A stretch of DNA of 64,000 nt from Patescibacteria group bacterium (GCA_049322215.1 JBMORU010000001.1:129697-193696), one strand, 5' to 3'. Numbered from the stretch's first letter, positions 46,631 through 56,995 are shown. Program-made: numbers and translations. Notes: generated from the sequence alone by a model not told the origin.

Positions 46631-49600
46631 TTAATTACCAGTATTTAAACCCTCTAAAAAGCCAAACGTTTCACTTAAATTAGATATGACTAGATTTAAA
46701 GCATTATCAGAAGCTTTAGGCGTTATACTTACAGTATCAATTGATTTTGCTTCATTATTGGCTTTATCTTTTGAGATTGCACGCAAGTGATAAACTTTAG
46801 ATGTATTTAAGCCTGTTAAAATTACCACGTGGTTGTAAGTTAAACTAGAATCTTCCTGACTTTTTTGAGAATATGTTGTACCAGTACCCTCACCAAACTC
46901 TACTTGAGAAGTAGCCGGCTCATCTGTATCCCAACTTACAACTAATTGAGCAGAAGCTTCATTATTATTCGCTTTTGTAATAGAACCTTCAACTTTAAGG
47001 TTAGTAATAGATGGCGGTCGTGTATCTGTTGCGGTCGTTACGCGCTGTGGATCACTAACTGCCTCATTGCCTGCTTTATCTCTACCTTTTACTATCATTA
47101 TGTAGGTTGTTTCTGGTAGCAAGCCTCTAATAATCAGCCTATGCGCGCCTGTAACTAATTGAACATTAACTTCGTCTCTCACATCTGCAGGGTTATTCTC
47201 AGGGTAATAAGTAATTATTGAAGAAACTTCTGTGTTAGTTACCCAAGATACTAAAGTAGCCGGTTGTGCTGAATTTCTAACCTGCTGTACTTTAACTCCA
47301 GATATTCTTGGGCGAGGTAATGTTTCAAAAGACAAAATATTACCTTCGTATTCTGCATCTTCTGTATCAAAAGTATTAATTTTATAAAAATATTTAATCC
47401 CGTCTTCTAACTCTTCTAAAGCGGTGTTGTAGGTAGTTTCTGCTGTGGATGTTGAAAGTTCTAAAGACCCCCCAAAGGCAGATGTTTTCCCATAGTAAAT
47501 TTTTACTTTAGAAGCACCTTTTACAGTGTATTGTAAAACAACGTTATTTATTCCAATTGTTTTTGCACTTGGATCTTTTACTGAGGGTGCGGGCTCTGTT
47601 TCAAAAGTAAATTCATCGCTTACTCCCGTATTACCGTCTTCATCGGTCCATTTTGCCAAAGCATAATACTTGGTACCCGGGCTTAAATTAGTTAAATTAA
47701 TTTCATGTGCAGTAACTTGAGTTGAATTTGAAGGCTCCTCATCAAAATAGTCACCAGAGCTTTTACCATACTGAACTTTAGAATCACTAGTTCTGTCAGT
47801 TGACCAGGATATAATAGCTTGTTTTGTAGTAATACCTGTAACCTCAGGATCGGTTTCTAAACCAGCAGCTTCTGTGAATTTACCTGTAGGTAAAAGTACA
47901 ACTGCAGTACTAAAGGCACCACAATTTGAAACACTGTCACAAGCACGAACCTTATAATAATAATTTTGCTGTAGCAAATTAGTATCTATATATGCTAAAC
48001 CTGTGGTGGTAGCAAGCAAACTATAAGAACTACCATCAGTAGAGCTGTGTATTTGATATGTAGATACCCCTGAACCAACATCTGAAGGAGCTGTCCAAGA
48101 AAGTGCTAAACGCCAAGACTCGGTACTTTTTATGGATACATCAGAAATATCCAAATTAAGTGGTATACCCGGAGCAGAAGTATTAGCCGTAAAAGATATA
48201 CTTGCATAAGCACCGTAGTTAATACTCCCACCAACATCCGAACTATTTTTGGCAGCAATATAAAAAGTATTAATTCCTACCTGCGTCGCAAATGAGCTGG
48301 CAGAAAGCGATGTAGCACCAGCACTAGTATAAGTACATGTTGCAGACGAGGGTAAAGTATTAACTGTGTAGCAATAGGTTAAGCCACTAGATTCTCCCGA
48401 GTAAGTTTCAGGAATCTGCCAGGAAAAAGAAAACGAATTTACAGTATTGGTAGTTGGAGTAACAGATAAAAATCTTGGAGCCGTGGGTCCTTCGCCTGCA
48501 AAGTAGTAAGTTGCTTGCAAACTTGTGGCAGAAACATTTCCCGCAGTATCTACAGTACGTAAGTAAAATGTATTTGCGTCTGTTTGGTAAGCGGCTTCAG
48601 CAATTTCTACAGAAGTATCGGTGGTTGTACTCGACCAATCACTCAAAGCACCCGAAGAAGCGCCTGTTTTATATTGATAACCCGCAATCCCAGATCCCGT
48701 ATCGCTTGCAATACCATCCCCAACAGATGGCCAAGAAAATGTAAAAGAATTAGTTGAAGCATAGCCCGAGGGTGTAACGGTTATAGTGCTAGGGTTTGAT
48801 GGGTTTGTGTTGTCATACTTATATATAAATGGGGCATAAACGGTGCTTACGTTTTGAGCATTGTCTTTAGTTTGAATTCTTAAATAATATGTTTGTCCAC
48901 TTGTTAAACTTGCTGCAGAATAGCTTGTACCTGTTTGAAATACACCTGCAGTAGAAGGAACGGCAGCACTATCTGTACCAAAGTAAACAAAGTATCCGGC
49001 AATGCCTGCTCCACCAGAGTCAGAAGCCCCCGCCCATGAAAAATAGGGTGTCGCATAGCTATACCAGTTATTAGTGCTAATTGAAATTCCTCCGGAAGTA
49101 CTCAACGAAGTTAAACTACTTGGAGGGTTTGGGTCTGTTGTGTCTGAATTTGCCTCTACTGTTACCGAACTTAAAGTTACTTCCTGCGTTCCATCACCAT
49201 CTAGTACTGCTTGCCACTTAATACCACTACTTGTGACAGGAAAAGAAGGTATATTTGTATTAACTACGGAAGCCGCGTTTGCTTGTGCTGTTGACGCTGA
49301 TGTTTCCCAAGAGTCACCATCCCAATACTTCCAAGTAGAACCATTATCGCTAGATAACCTATATGTAATTGTTCCACCATTGGCTGTTTCAGAAACAACA
49401 AAACCCGCATAGCTTCCAATATCTTCAGTAAAGGCGGCTGCTGCATTTTGCACTGTTTGAGCAGCGCTAGCGTAAGCGGAGGTATTAAAAGAGCTGCGTG
49501 CAGTATCGCTTATACGAACTTCATCTATCAACCCTTGAAAGTATCCTTGAGCACGACCTTGTTCTCTACCTGCATAAGTAGCACCTATTAGCAAATCATG

Positions 49601-52540
49601 ACTACCATCGGGCATAGAAACAGAAGCAGATGTAGAATTATCTAAAACACCATCTATGTAAAGTTTCATTGTGGAGCCATCGTAGGTTGCAGCCACATGA
49701 TGCCAAGAAGTATTTTGACTTGCGGTTGTAGATTGCAGATATGCGTTGCTCCCATAAGACCAAACAGCAGCATCTACGTTTGCTGACAATCCAGTACCTG
49801 CAAATAAACTACCCCTATACACACTAAAGCTAGAAACTTCCTCTGTAACATTGGTCCAACCGTCATTTAAACTATCACCGCCTATTTGTTCCCAACTAGA
49901 ACCATTCCAACGCCAAACTTCACCATCGCCACCACCGCTTCCAATGCCGGCATATAAATCCCCGTTGTAAACTACTAAAGTACGTACGCGTTCATAAGTT
50001 CCGGTAGTCCAACTTGAATTTACTTCATCACCCCCAACTTGAGTCCAACTTGTTCCATTGTAGCTCCATACCTCGGCATCTCCGGTTCCGGTACCTAAAC
50101 CCGCATATAAAACACCGTTATAAACAATCATGCTGTCTACATGTTCAAAACTGGTAGAATCCCAACTACTGTTTACTGTGTCTCCCCCTACCTTTGTCCA
50201 AGTACTACCTCCCCAGCGCCATACTTCAGCTTCACCTGCACCTGATCCTAAGCCGGCATATAGCTGCCCATTAAACACTGTCATAGAAGCTACCCTATTG
50301 TAGCCAGTAGTCCAACCACTGTTTGTACTATCACCACCTATTTTAGTCCATGAAATACCGTCCCAAGACCAAACTTCAGCATCACTATTACTATTTCCCA
50401 AACCTGCATATAGTAAATCACCATAAGTGGCCATTGAAGTAACTTCTTCAAAATTTGTAGTCCAACCACTGTTTGTACTATCACCACCTATTTTAGTCCA
50501 CGAAGTACCGTTCCACTGCCAAACTTCAGCATCATTAGCAGAAATACCCAAACCAACAGTAAGAGTACCCTTATAACTCACCATGCTAAGCACTGACTCA
50601 TATGTATCGGCAGCCCAGCCGCTATTTAAACCCTGGCCTCCAATAAGATCCCAAGTAGAACCATCATATTCCCATACAAGCGCGTTTCCCGAATTAGTTT
50701 GACCTAAACCAGCGTATAAATTAGCTCCCGAAACCTGCATTGTTTCAACATTACGCAACCCTCTAAAACCCCAACTATCGTTTACATAATCACCACCTAA
50801 TTGAGTCCAAGTATCGGTGCCGTTAAAACTCCATACTTGTGCAGATCTAGCAGCATTACCAGAACTTAAACCTGTGTAAACTGTAGAACCATTAACTGCC
50901 AGTGCTTGAACAATAGTGTGCGTAGTACCGGTATAACCCGAATTTACTCCATCACCGCCTACTTTTGTCCAAGAGGAGCCACCCCAACGCCAAAGCTCGT
51001 TATCACCCCCGGACGCCCCCAATCCAGCATATAAATAAGTCCCATCATTTAACAATGAATAGACGCCCTCATAATTTGTAGTCCAACCACTATTTAAACT
51101 ATCACCACCAATTTGTGTCCAGGATGTTCCGTTCCAACTCCATACTTCGGCATCATTTGCGGAAGTACCAACACCCGCATACAAAGTACCCCCAAAGTAT
51201 TCCATGCTTAAAACATATTCAAACGTAGAGTTTGCCCAGCTACTATTAACGGCATCTCCACCTATACGGCTCCAAGTTCCACCAGATATACTGTACCTCC
51301 ATACTTCTGCATCACCCGCAGTTAAACCAAGTCCAGCGTATATATAAGTGCCATCAGTTTCCAAAGAAGATACCTGCTCAAAATTAGTAGTCCAACCGCT
51401 ATTTACACTATCACCACCAATTTTTGTCCATGTGCTGCCATTCCAACTCCATACTTCTGCATCATTTGCCGAAGTTCCTAAGCCTGCATATAAAATGCCA
51501 TTTTCGTAAAGTAAGCTGTAAACACCTTCAAAAGTGTTTACTTGCCAACTGCTATTAACAGCGTCTCCACCTATTTTAGTCCAGGTACCAGCACTAACAT
51601 TGTATCTCCAAACCTCGCCATCTCCAGCGGTAGTTCCTAAACCCACATAAACATTAGTACCATCGTTTGCCATAGACCATACACTTTCAAAAGTTGCAGC
51701 AGCCCAACTGCTGTTAACAGCATCGCCACCTACTTGTTCCCAAGTATTACCATCCCAACTCCACACATCAGCATCTCCATTACCGCTACCTAAACCCACA
51801 TACAAAATAGAGTTAAGATACGTCATAGAACTCAAGAGTACTTTTCCGTCCAAGTCCCAACTACCATCTATGTCATTACCAGCTCTTCTTGTCCATGATG
51901 TTTCGGTACTATCAGCAACTTCATAAGTTAACTTGCCTGTTTCGTTATCATAGTAAAGCTGGTAAACCCCCTTATCAACAACACCCTGACGCTGTACATG
52001 ACTTCCACTTGAAAAAGCAGCATCAAACTTTGTCCATGCCTCAAGAGTATTAGCTTGTTCTAAAGACAAAGACACTGAATCAGAAACACTAACTTTAGAA
52101 GAAGTGCCATTTAAATCCAAAGCGTTATTTAAATTTCCTGACGCCCACGTAGGATCGGTTGCAGTACCCGTATTTGAGTTGCTTGAAGAGTCTGCAACAG
52201 TAGTTCCTGATGCTTCGTCTAAATGGTACAAAGCCACAGTATTAGCGTCGGAAGCATAATTTTGAACTTTTAGTTTTGCCGAATTAGAAGCAACTTCTAC
52301 ATAATTGCTGTCTGATAACGTGTAATCACCTGAATTGGAAAAATCCCAATCGTATGAAACATCCCCAGCTGCAAGTACATTTTTTACAGTTAAAAACACT
52401 ACAAATAGAGACACTACTGTTAAACCTATAAATACACGGTTATTATCTTTAACAACAATTGTAGTTACACTATTTCTGTTTTTTTTTAAGAAGCGGTTAG
52501 ATAAAACTGATAAAGGCTTTTTTAGCCATACTTTAGTCAT
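46631..52540 (-). CDS. giant cell-surface protein: N-terminal TM, LamG_3, about 20 tandem ~47-aa repeats, second LamG, multiple FN3-like domains
   Basis: 1969 aa. 'ALYHLDEASGTTVADSSSNSNTGT' is the LamG_3 signature. Repeats of the form 'GLG.SANDAEVWSWNGTSWTKIGGDSVNSGWT'. 'LYIDGVLDN…DEVRISDTARS' is LamG. C-terminal beta-sandwich repeats. Confidence 0.8.
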   Translation of the reverse strand: MTKVWLKKPLSVLSNRFLKKNRNSVTTIVVKDNNRVFIGLTVVSLFVVFLTVKNVLAAGDVSYDWDFSNSGDYTLSDSNYVEVASNSAKLKVQNYASDANTVALYHLDEASGTTVADSSSNSNTGTATDPTWASGNLNNALDLNGTSSKVSVSDSVSLSLEQANTLEAWTKFDAAFSSGSHVQRQGVVDKGVYQLYYDNETGKLTYEVADSTETSWTRRAGNDIDGSWDLDGKVLLSSMTYLNSILYVGLGSGNGDADVWSWDGNTWEQVGGDAVNSSWAAATFESVWSMANDGTNVYVGLGTTAGDGEVWRYNVSAGTWTKIGGDAVNSSWQVNTFEGVYSLLYENGILYAGLGTSANDAEVWSWNGSTWTKIGGDSVNSGWTTNFEQVSSLETDGTYIYAGLGLTAGDAEVWRYSISGGTWSRIGGDAVNSSWANSTFEYVLSMEYFGGTLYAGVGTSANDAEVWSWNGTSWTQIGGDSLNSGWTTNYEGVYSLLNDGTYLYAGLGASGGDNELWRWGGSSWTKVGGDGVNSGYTGTTHTIVQALAVNGSTVYTGLSSGNAARSAQVWSFNGTDTWTQLGGDYVNDSWGFRGLRNVETMQVSGANLYAGLGQTNSGNALVWEYDGSTWDLIGGQGLNSGWAADTYESVLSMVSYKGTLTVGLGISANDAEVWQWNGTSWTKIGGDSTNSGWTTNFEEVTSMATYGDLLYAGLGNSNSDAEVWSWDGISWTKIGGDSTNSGWTTGYNRVASMTVFNGQLYAGLGSGAGEAEVWRWGGSTWTKVGGDTVNSSWDSTSFEHVDSMIVYNGVLYAGLGTGTGDAEVWSYNGTSWTQVGGDEVNSSWTTGTYERVRTLVVYNGDLYAGIGSGGGDGEVWRWNGSSWEQIGGDSLNDGWTNVTEEVSSFSVYRGSLFAGTGLSANVDAAVWSYGSNAYLQSTTASQNTSWHHVAATYDGSTMKLYIDGVLDNSTSASVSMPDGSHDLLIGATYAGREQGRAQGYFQGLIDEVRISDTARSSFNTSAYASAAQTVQNAAAAFTEDIGSYAGFVVSETANGGTITYRLSSDNGSTWKYWDGDSWETSASTAQANAASVVNTNIPSFPVTSSGIKWQAVLDGDGTQEVTLSSVTVEANSDTTDPNPPSSLTSLSTSGGISISTNNWYSYATPYFSWAGASDSGGAGIAGYFVYFGTDSAAVPSTAGVFQTGTSYSAASLTSGQTYYLRIQTKDNAQNVSTVYAPFIYKYDNTNPSNPSTITVTPSGYASTNSFTFSWPSVGDGIASDTGSGIAGYQYKTGASSGALSDWSSTTTDTSVEIAEAAYQTDANTFYLRTVDTAGNVSATSLQATYYFAGEGPTAPRFLSVTPTTNTVNSFSFSWQIPETYSGESSGLTYCYTVNTLPSSATCTYTSAGATSLSASSFATQVGINTFYIAAKNSSDVGGSINYGAYASISFTANTSAPGIPLNLDISDVSIKSTESWRLALSWTAPSDVGSGVSTYQIHSSTDGSSYSLLATTTGLAYIDTNLLQQNYYYKVRACDSVSNCGAFSTAVVLLPTGKFTEAAGLETDPEVTGITTKQAIISWSTDRTSDSKVQYGKSSGDYFDEEPSNSTQVTAHEINLTNLSPGTKYYALAKWTDEDGNTGVSDEFTFETEPAPSVKDPSAKTIGINNVVLQYTVKGASKVKIYYGKTSAFGGSLELSTSTAETTYNTALEELEDGIKYFYKINTFDTEDAEYEGNILSFETLPRPRISGVKVQQVRNSAQPATLVSWVTNTEVSSIITYYPENNPADVRDEVNVQLVTGAHRLIIRGLLPETTYIMIVKGRDKAGNEAVSDPQRVTTATDTRPPSITNLKVEGSITKANNNEASAQLVVSWDTDEPATSQVEFGEGTGTTYSQKSQEDSSLTYNHVVILTGLNTSKVYHLRAISKDKANNEAKSIDTVSITPKASDNALNLVISNLSETFGFLEGLNTGN

Positions 52541-52547
52541 TTATATT

Positions 52548-53489
52548 TCAAAAATTAAGATAATTATATGCCTCACTAGAAAGTTTTTCCATGAAATTTA
52601 ACGCAGAAGCACGCCCTGTATCTGTTGTGTCAGCAACAAATACAGTAATCAAATATGGCTTATTTGGAACATACACAATACCACTATCTAAATATAAACC
52701 TTCTTGATTTTTTTCACCAAATTTATGAGCAAAAACCACATCGGAAGACAACCCACTATTAAGATATTCGTCATAGGGTGATTTTGATAGCCAAAAAAGC
52801 ATTTGTTGAGATGATTCTCTATTTAAGTAACTAGAAGTGTATAGGGCGCGAAATAGCCTAGAGTACTCCTTAGCTGAAATCTCTCCGGCTTCGTTAAAAA
52901 GTTCTTCTAATCCTAAAGTATCACCAAATTGAGTTACGTCGTTTAGCGATAAATTTTTATATAAAATATTATGCGCAGTGTTATCTGAATTAATTAACGA
53001 TTGTTGAAGTAATTCGTCTAAAGTAAATGTTGCTCCGGGTTTACTTTTATATAAATCACCCCAACCTGAATCTCTATCTTCTTCTGTTAAGTTAAATTCA
53101 GTATCCATCGCAAGTACACCCTCCTCTATTTTTTTCATATACATCATAGCTACTGGAACCTTAGTTAAACTTGCAGGATTAACGCGCATTTCGGGATTTA
53201 AAGAAATGTTAGAGCCTGTATTAAGAAACTCAATATATACAGAAATTGAGGCGTCTGGATAACTGCTTAAAAGGTTTACTGCGTATTCTCTTAAAGGTTT
53301 TAAATTAACAATAAAATACTTTTGCTCTATAAAACTTCGTGAAAAATCTATAAATGGATATGGGTTAGTTAGTGAGGTAGCCTCAAAACTTTTTCTATAG
53401 TGCGAAGATACATACAAAGTAGTAAAGTTGCTCAATAGCAAAACTATAATTATAATTATGTACCCTCTATTTCTTAATTTCATAGGCAT
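52548..53489 (-). CDS. signal-anchored serine hydrolase, class A beta-lactamase / D-Ala-D-Ala carboxypeptidase-like
   Basis: 'ASLTK' (SxxK) and 'SDNTAHNIL' (SDN) motifs; N-terminal TM. Confidence 0.55.
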   Translation of the reverse strand: MPMKLRNRGYIIIIIVLLLSNFTTLYVSSHYRKSFEATSLTNPYPFIDFSRSFIEQKYFIVNLKPLREYAVNLLSSYPDASISVYIEFLNTGSNISLNPEMRVNPASLTKVPVAMMYMKKIEEGVLAMDTEFNLTEEDRDSGWGDLYKSKPGATFTLDELLQQSLINSDNTAHNILYKNLSLNDVTQFGDTLGLEELFNEAGEISAKEYSRLFRALYTSSYLNRESSQQMLFWLSKSPYDEYLNSGLSSDVVFAHKFGEKNQEGLYLDSGIVYVPNKPYLITVFVADTTDTGRASALNFMEKLSSEAYNYLNF

Positions 53490-53571
53490 ACTGAATAATA
53501 GAGTATTCTGGGGCGGGTGGGAATAGACATGTTCTTACAAGTGGCAATGATGTATTATTTTAGTTGAAGAT

Positions 53572-54390
53572 ATGAATGAAGTTACTACAAGTCCTACAAC
53601 TCCTATAATTTCTATTGAAGATGTACATAAAAGCTTTCAAGTTGGAATACAAGATATTCAAATACTCAAAGGAGTAGATGTAAAAATAAATTACGGAGAC
53701 TTTGCGGTCATTATTGGACCATCAGGCTGCGGAAAATCTACACTTCTGCACATTTTGTTAGGACTGGAGCCTCCTACTAAAGGCATAGTTAAATTTTTGG
53801 GATCAGACTTATATGCCGGTACTAATGAAGATACTCGCTCAGACTTTAGAAAAAAGCACATAGGAATGGTATATCAACAAGCCAACTGGATCAAATCTTT
53901 AACTGTGATTGAAAACGTATCGTTTCCGTTATTACTACTAGGAATAGGAAAACCTAAAGCTATGGCTAAAGCTTATGAAATGTTAAAAAAAGTTAACATG
54001 CAAGATTGGGGAGATTACATACCTACAGAGCTATCTGGAGGACAACAACAAAGGGTGGCTTTAGCAAGAGCATTAATTAATAACCCCGAAATTATAATTG
54101 CAGATGAACCTACAGGAAACCTGGACTACGAAGCCGGTCAAAATATAATGACGCTTTTGACAAACTTAAATAATGAATTTGGAAAAACCGTAATTATGGT
54201 AACGCATGACTTAGAATACATTTCTTATGCAAAAACTACAGTTAGACTTTTAGACGGAAAAGTATTAGGCATTTACAATGAAGGTCAAAAAGATAAATTA
54301 ATGGAAGAACTAAAATTTAAACGACTGGGTGATATGAAAGCAAAATTACAAGAAAGTGAAAACATAACACCTGCACCAGCAACTAACTAA
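53572..54390 (+). CDS. ABC transporter ATP-binding protein (MacB/LolD/FtsE-like)
   Basis: Walker A 'GPSGCGKST', signature 'LSGGQQQRVALARAL', Walker B 'IIIADEPTGNLD'. Confidence 0.9.
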   Translation: MNEVTTSPTTPIISIEDVHKSFQVGIQDIQILKGVDVKINYGDFAVIIGPSGCGKSTLLHILLGLEPPTKGIVKFLGSDLYAGTNEDTRSDFRKKHIGMVYQQANWIKSLTVIENVSFPLLLLGIGKPKAMAKAYEMLKKVNMQDWGDYIPTELSGGQQQRVALARALINNPEIIIADEPTGNLDYEAGQNIMTLLTNLNNEFGKTVIMVTHDLEYISYAKTTVRLLDGKVLGIYNEGQKDKLMEELKFKRLGDMKAKLQESENITPAPATN

Positions 54391-54503
54391 ATTAGCTAAT
54401 ATCATTTAACCCCATAGCAAACTAATGGTGCAGCTTTCCAACTAAAAAATTTGTGATACAATTTAAATCCACAAAACCTATAAGAAAAAGGAGGTGACCA
54501 CAA

Positions 54504-54743
54504 ATGAGAGACGTAGCTATTACAAGTAGGTTTCCATGGATTGACGATTTGCTGGTACTTCTACAAATCAAGTATGGCAGACCTGAACCTGGGTTTCGAC
54601 TGTTTTACTCAGATGCAGAAGTAGCTGAGCATACGGGACTCGTAGCAAAAGTAGCACATGCGCGTGGGCTGGTAAAACCCGCTAAAGATGGCTTTGGTTG
54701 GGTTCCAACGCAAAAAGGCAAACACATGTTTTTGCGCTACTAA
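54504..54743 (+). CDS. hypothetical protein (79 aa)
   Basis: AAAGGAGG SD; extended -10 TGTGATACAAT at about 54452-54462; terminator at 54788-54834. Confidence 0.5.
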   Translation: MRDVAITSRFPWIDDLLVLLQIKYGRPEPGFRLFYSDAEVAEHTGLVAKVAHARGLVKPAKDGFGWVPTQKGKHMFLRY

Positions 54744-54787
54744 ACCCATGAAGTGAGGGAGTACCATGAAGTACGTCAAAGTTAAAA

Positions 54788-54834
54788 AGAGGTGATAGTG
54801 TTAAACAAACAAAGCATTTTCACCTCTTTTATTT
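54788..54834 (+). terminator. rho-independent terminator
   Basis: AGAGGTGA…TCACCTCT stem followed by a T-rich tail. Confidence 0.55.
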
Positions 54835-54844
54835 ATCTAGCAAT

Positions 54845-55579
54845 TTAAGACATAACAGAATTTTCAACAATTTCTATTTCTTTATTCTCCACATTTTTCA
54901 TGCGTTGAAAACCTAAAAGAGAAAACACCAAAACAGAAGAAACCACAATACCTACAAAATTTACTAAAAACATATCAAAAGCACCTTTCATAACAGCTAC
55001 GTCCCCTTGAGAAAGACCTATGCCCACAACACAAAGCGGGGGTAATAAGGCTACCGCAACAGCCACGCCGGGCAATGTAGCTGATAACTTAGGTTTTGCC
55101 CAACAATATGTTGCAGCTAATCCTGATAGCAGTGCTATATGTACATAAAACCAACTTGGTTCAGTTCTTTGTAATATCTCACTACTTTGAAGGGTTTCAA
55201 TACCAGAGTAGGAAGAAACTAAATACGATAAAAACAAAACAATAGTAACCGATCTAATTATTGCCCAACTTGAACGAACTAAAGATTTAAAACTTACCGT
55301 TACAAACCCTAAACCTAATGCCAGTATAGATGTAAGAAGTGGTGTAATTAGCATACCTCCAATCACAATAGACCCATTGTTGCTTAATAAACCAAAGGTA
55401 GTTATAAGCGTAGAAATAATTAATAAAACAAAATAATCAAAATTTGTATTACTATCATCTATTAAACGCGATACTGCCTCTTTTTTTTCGGTAAAGTTCC
55501 TGCGTAAAGATGTATTTATATAAAAACCATGTAGGAACTTAACTTTTTCTTCAGCAAACAGCTTTGACACTATGTTCAT
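54845..55579 (-). CDS. polytopic membrane protein (possibly DUF389-like)
   Basis: Hydrophobic throughout. The track start at 55717 would overlap tal, so an internal ATG (MNIVSK) was chosen. Assignment is tentative. Confidence 0.4.
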   Translation of the reverse strand: MNIVSKLFAEEKVKFLHGFYINTSLRRNFTEKKEAVSRLIDDSNTNFDYFVLLIISTLITTFGLLSNNGSIVIGGMLITPLLTSILALGLGFVTVSFKSLVRSSWAIIRSVTIVLFLSYLVSSYSGIETLQSSEILQRTEPSWFYVHIALLSGLAATYCWAKPKLSATLPGVAVAVALLPPLCVVGIGLSQGDVAVMKGAFDMFLVNFVGIVVSSVLVFSLLGFQRMKNVENKEIEIVENSVMS

Positions 55580-55614
55580 ACAATAATAATACCAGAGCAT
55601 GCTAAACTTTACCC

Positions 55615-56502
55615 ATGCGACCTGCAAACCTGAAAACCAAGATATTTTTAGACAGTGGGGATCCACAAGAAACAAAGCAAGCTTTAGATTTATTAGGGTT
55701 TTTAGATGGACAAACAACTAATCCAAGCTTGGTTGCAAATAAACTAAAGAAAAATAACGAAGGTATTAAACTAAGCGCACAAAACCTATTGAGTGAATAT
55801 AAAAAAATAGTTCAGGAAGTATCAGTATTAATACCAAAGGGCTCAGTTTCAATAGAAGTGTATGCAGATAAAAACTCAACAGCACAACAGCTATTTGTAC
55901 AAGGTCAAGAAATGTTTAGCTGGATACCCAATGCACACATTAAATTTCCAACTACAACCGCAGGTTTAGAAGCAGCTCAAAAAGCTATACAAAATAAAAT
56001 GAGAGTCAATATGACTTTAGTATTTACTCAACAACAGGCTGCCGCAGTATTTGCAGCAACAAGAGGGGCCAAATTTGGAGAGGTATTTGTATCCCCTTTT
56101 ATTGGACGTCTCGACGATACCAATGTAAATGGGATGTCTTTAGTTGATAACATTTCAAAAATGTATAAAACCCAATCCGAAAATCATGTGCAAGTTTTAG
56201 CAGCAAGCATAAGAACGCTACCTCACTTTTTATATAACATTTATGCAAAAACAGACATAGTAACAGTACCGTATGAATTACTAAAAAAATGGTCAGACCT
56301 GGGAAAGCCGTTACCGGGGGAAAATATTAACATAGCCGCTTTTGAAGATGAAAAAGTTTATTTAAAGGCTGAAAAGCTAGAGAATATTCCTTTTGAGGAT
56401 CTAAATTTAGAGAATACATGGCAAGAATATAGTATTAATCACCCTTTAACAGATACAGGCTTAGAAAAATTTGCTGCCGACTGGAATAGCTTAATTTTAT
56501 AA
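55615..56502 (+). CDS. tal: transaldolase / fructose-6-phosphate aldolase family
   Basis: 'KIFLDSGD…GQTTNPSLV' signature and Schiff-base Lys context 'IKFPTT'. Confidence 0.8.
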   Translation: MRPANLKTKIFLDSGDPQETKQALDLLGFLDGQTTNPSLVANKLKKNNEGIKLSAQNLLSEYKKIVQEVSVLIPKGSVSIEVYADKNSTAQQLFVQGQEMFSWIPNAHIKFPTTTAGLEAAQKAIQNKMRVNMTLVFTQQQAAAVFAATRGAKFGEVFVSPFIGRLDDTNVNGMSLVDNISKMYKTQSENHVQVLAASIRTLPHFLYNIYAKTDIVTVPYELLKKWSDLGKPLPGENINIAAFEDEKVYLKAEKLENIPFEDLNLENTWQEYSINHPLTDTGLEKFAADWNSLIL

Positions 56503-56530
56503 CTTTTAATAAGCAGATGCAGGGCTCAGT

Positions 56531-56559
56531 TTGCAATATACACCCTATAGTATTATAAT
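56531..56559 (+). promoter_or_regulatory. class B promoter, copy 1 of a 48-bp duplicated promoter
   Basis: TTGCAA, 17-nt spacer ending in CCCTATAGTAT, then TATAAT. Confidence 0.6.
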
Positions 56560-56605
56560 GTAGTTAGAGTCAAATATATACCATTGCATACATAAGGAGA
56601 ACAAA

Positions 56606-56989
56606 ATGCAAAAAGTAACCAGATCAATTTTATTGGTATCCGCTCTGCTGATCGCCACCGCGGGAATTACATTTGCTGCAACGGCACTCAGCTTGACCAA
56701 CGTTCGTAATGCTTCGCAACTAATCTGGAACAACCGGGAAGACCTGACCCAACAGATTGTAGAAGATGCCATCGAAACCATTGATTCTAACGCCGACAAC
56801 GTTGAATACGTGGTTAGCACCCATGACTACGGGTTTGGCGAAACAGTCCAGGAAGTTGAAGTAACCTTTGAGACCACAGGCACCTGGAAGTATAGCCGCT
56901 ATGCATACTACCTGAAAGGTTTTGGTATTTTCAACCTCAAGGTATACAACGGAAACGCCACGTTAAGCATCTTCATGAACGAACGTTAG
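56606..56989 (+). CDS. small secreted protein (127 aa) with atypical GC-rich codon usage
   Basis: Signal peptide 'ILLVSALLIATAGITFA'; CATAAGGAGA SD; promoter at 56531-56559; terminator at 56996-57052. Confidence 0.6.
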   Translation: MQKVTRSILLVSALLIATAGITFAATALSLTNVRNASQLIWNNREDLTQQIVEDAIETIDSNADNVEYVVSTHDYGFGETVQEVEVTFETTGTWKYSRYAYYLKGFGIFNLKVYNGNATLSIFMNER

Positions 56990-56995
56990 CCACAT

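Noticed and set aside
54845-55717. Full track ORF (290 aa) for the minus-strand membrane protein overlapping the tal start by about 100 nt
   Set aside because: The N-terminal 46 codons overlap the divergent-strand tal coding start and lack hydrophobic character. An internal ATG at about 55579 gives a non-overlapping membrane protein.
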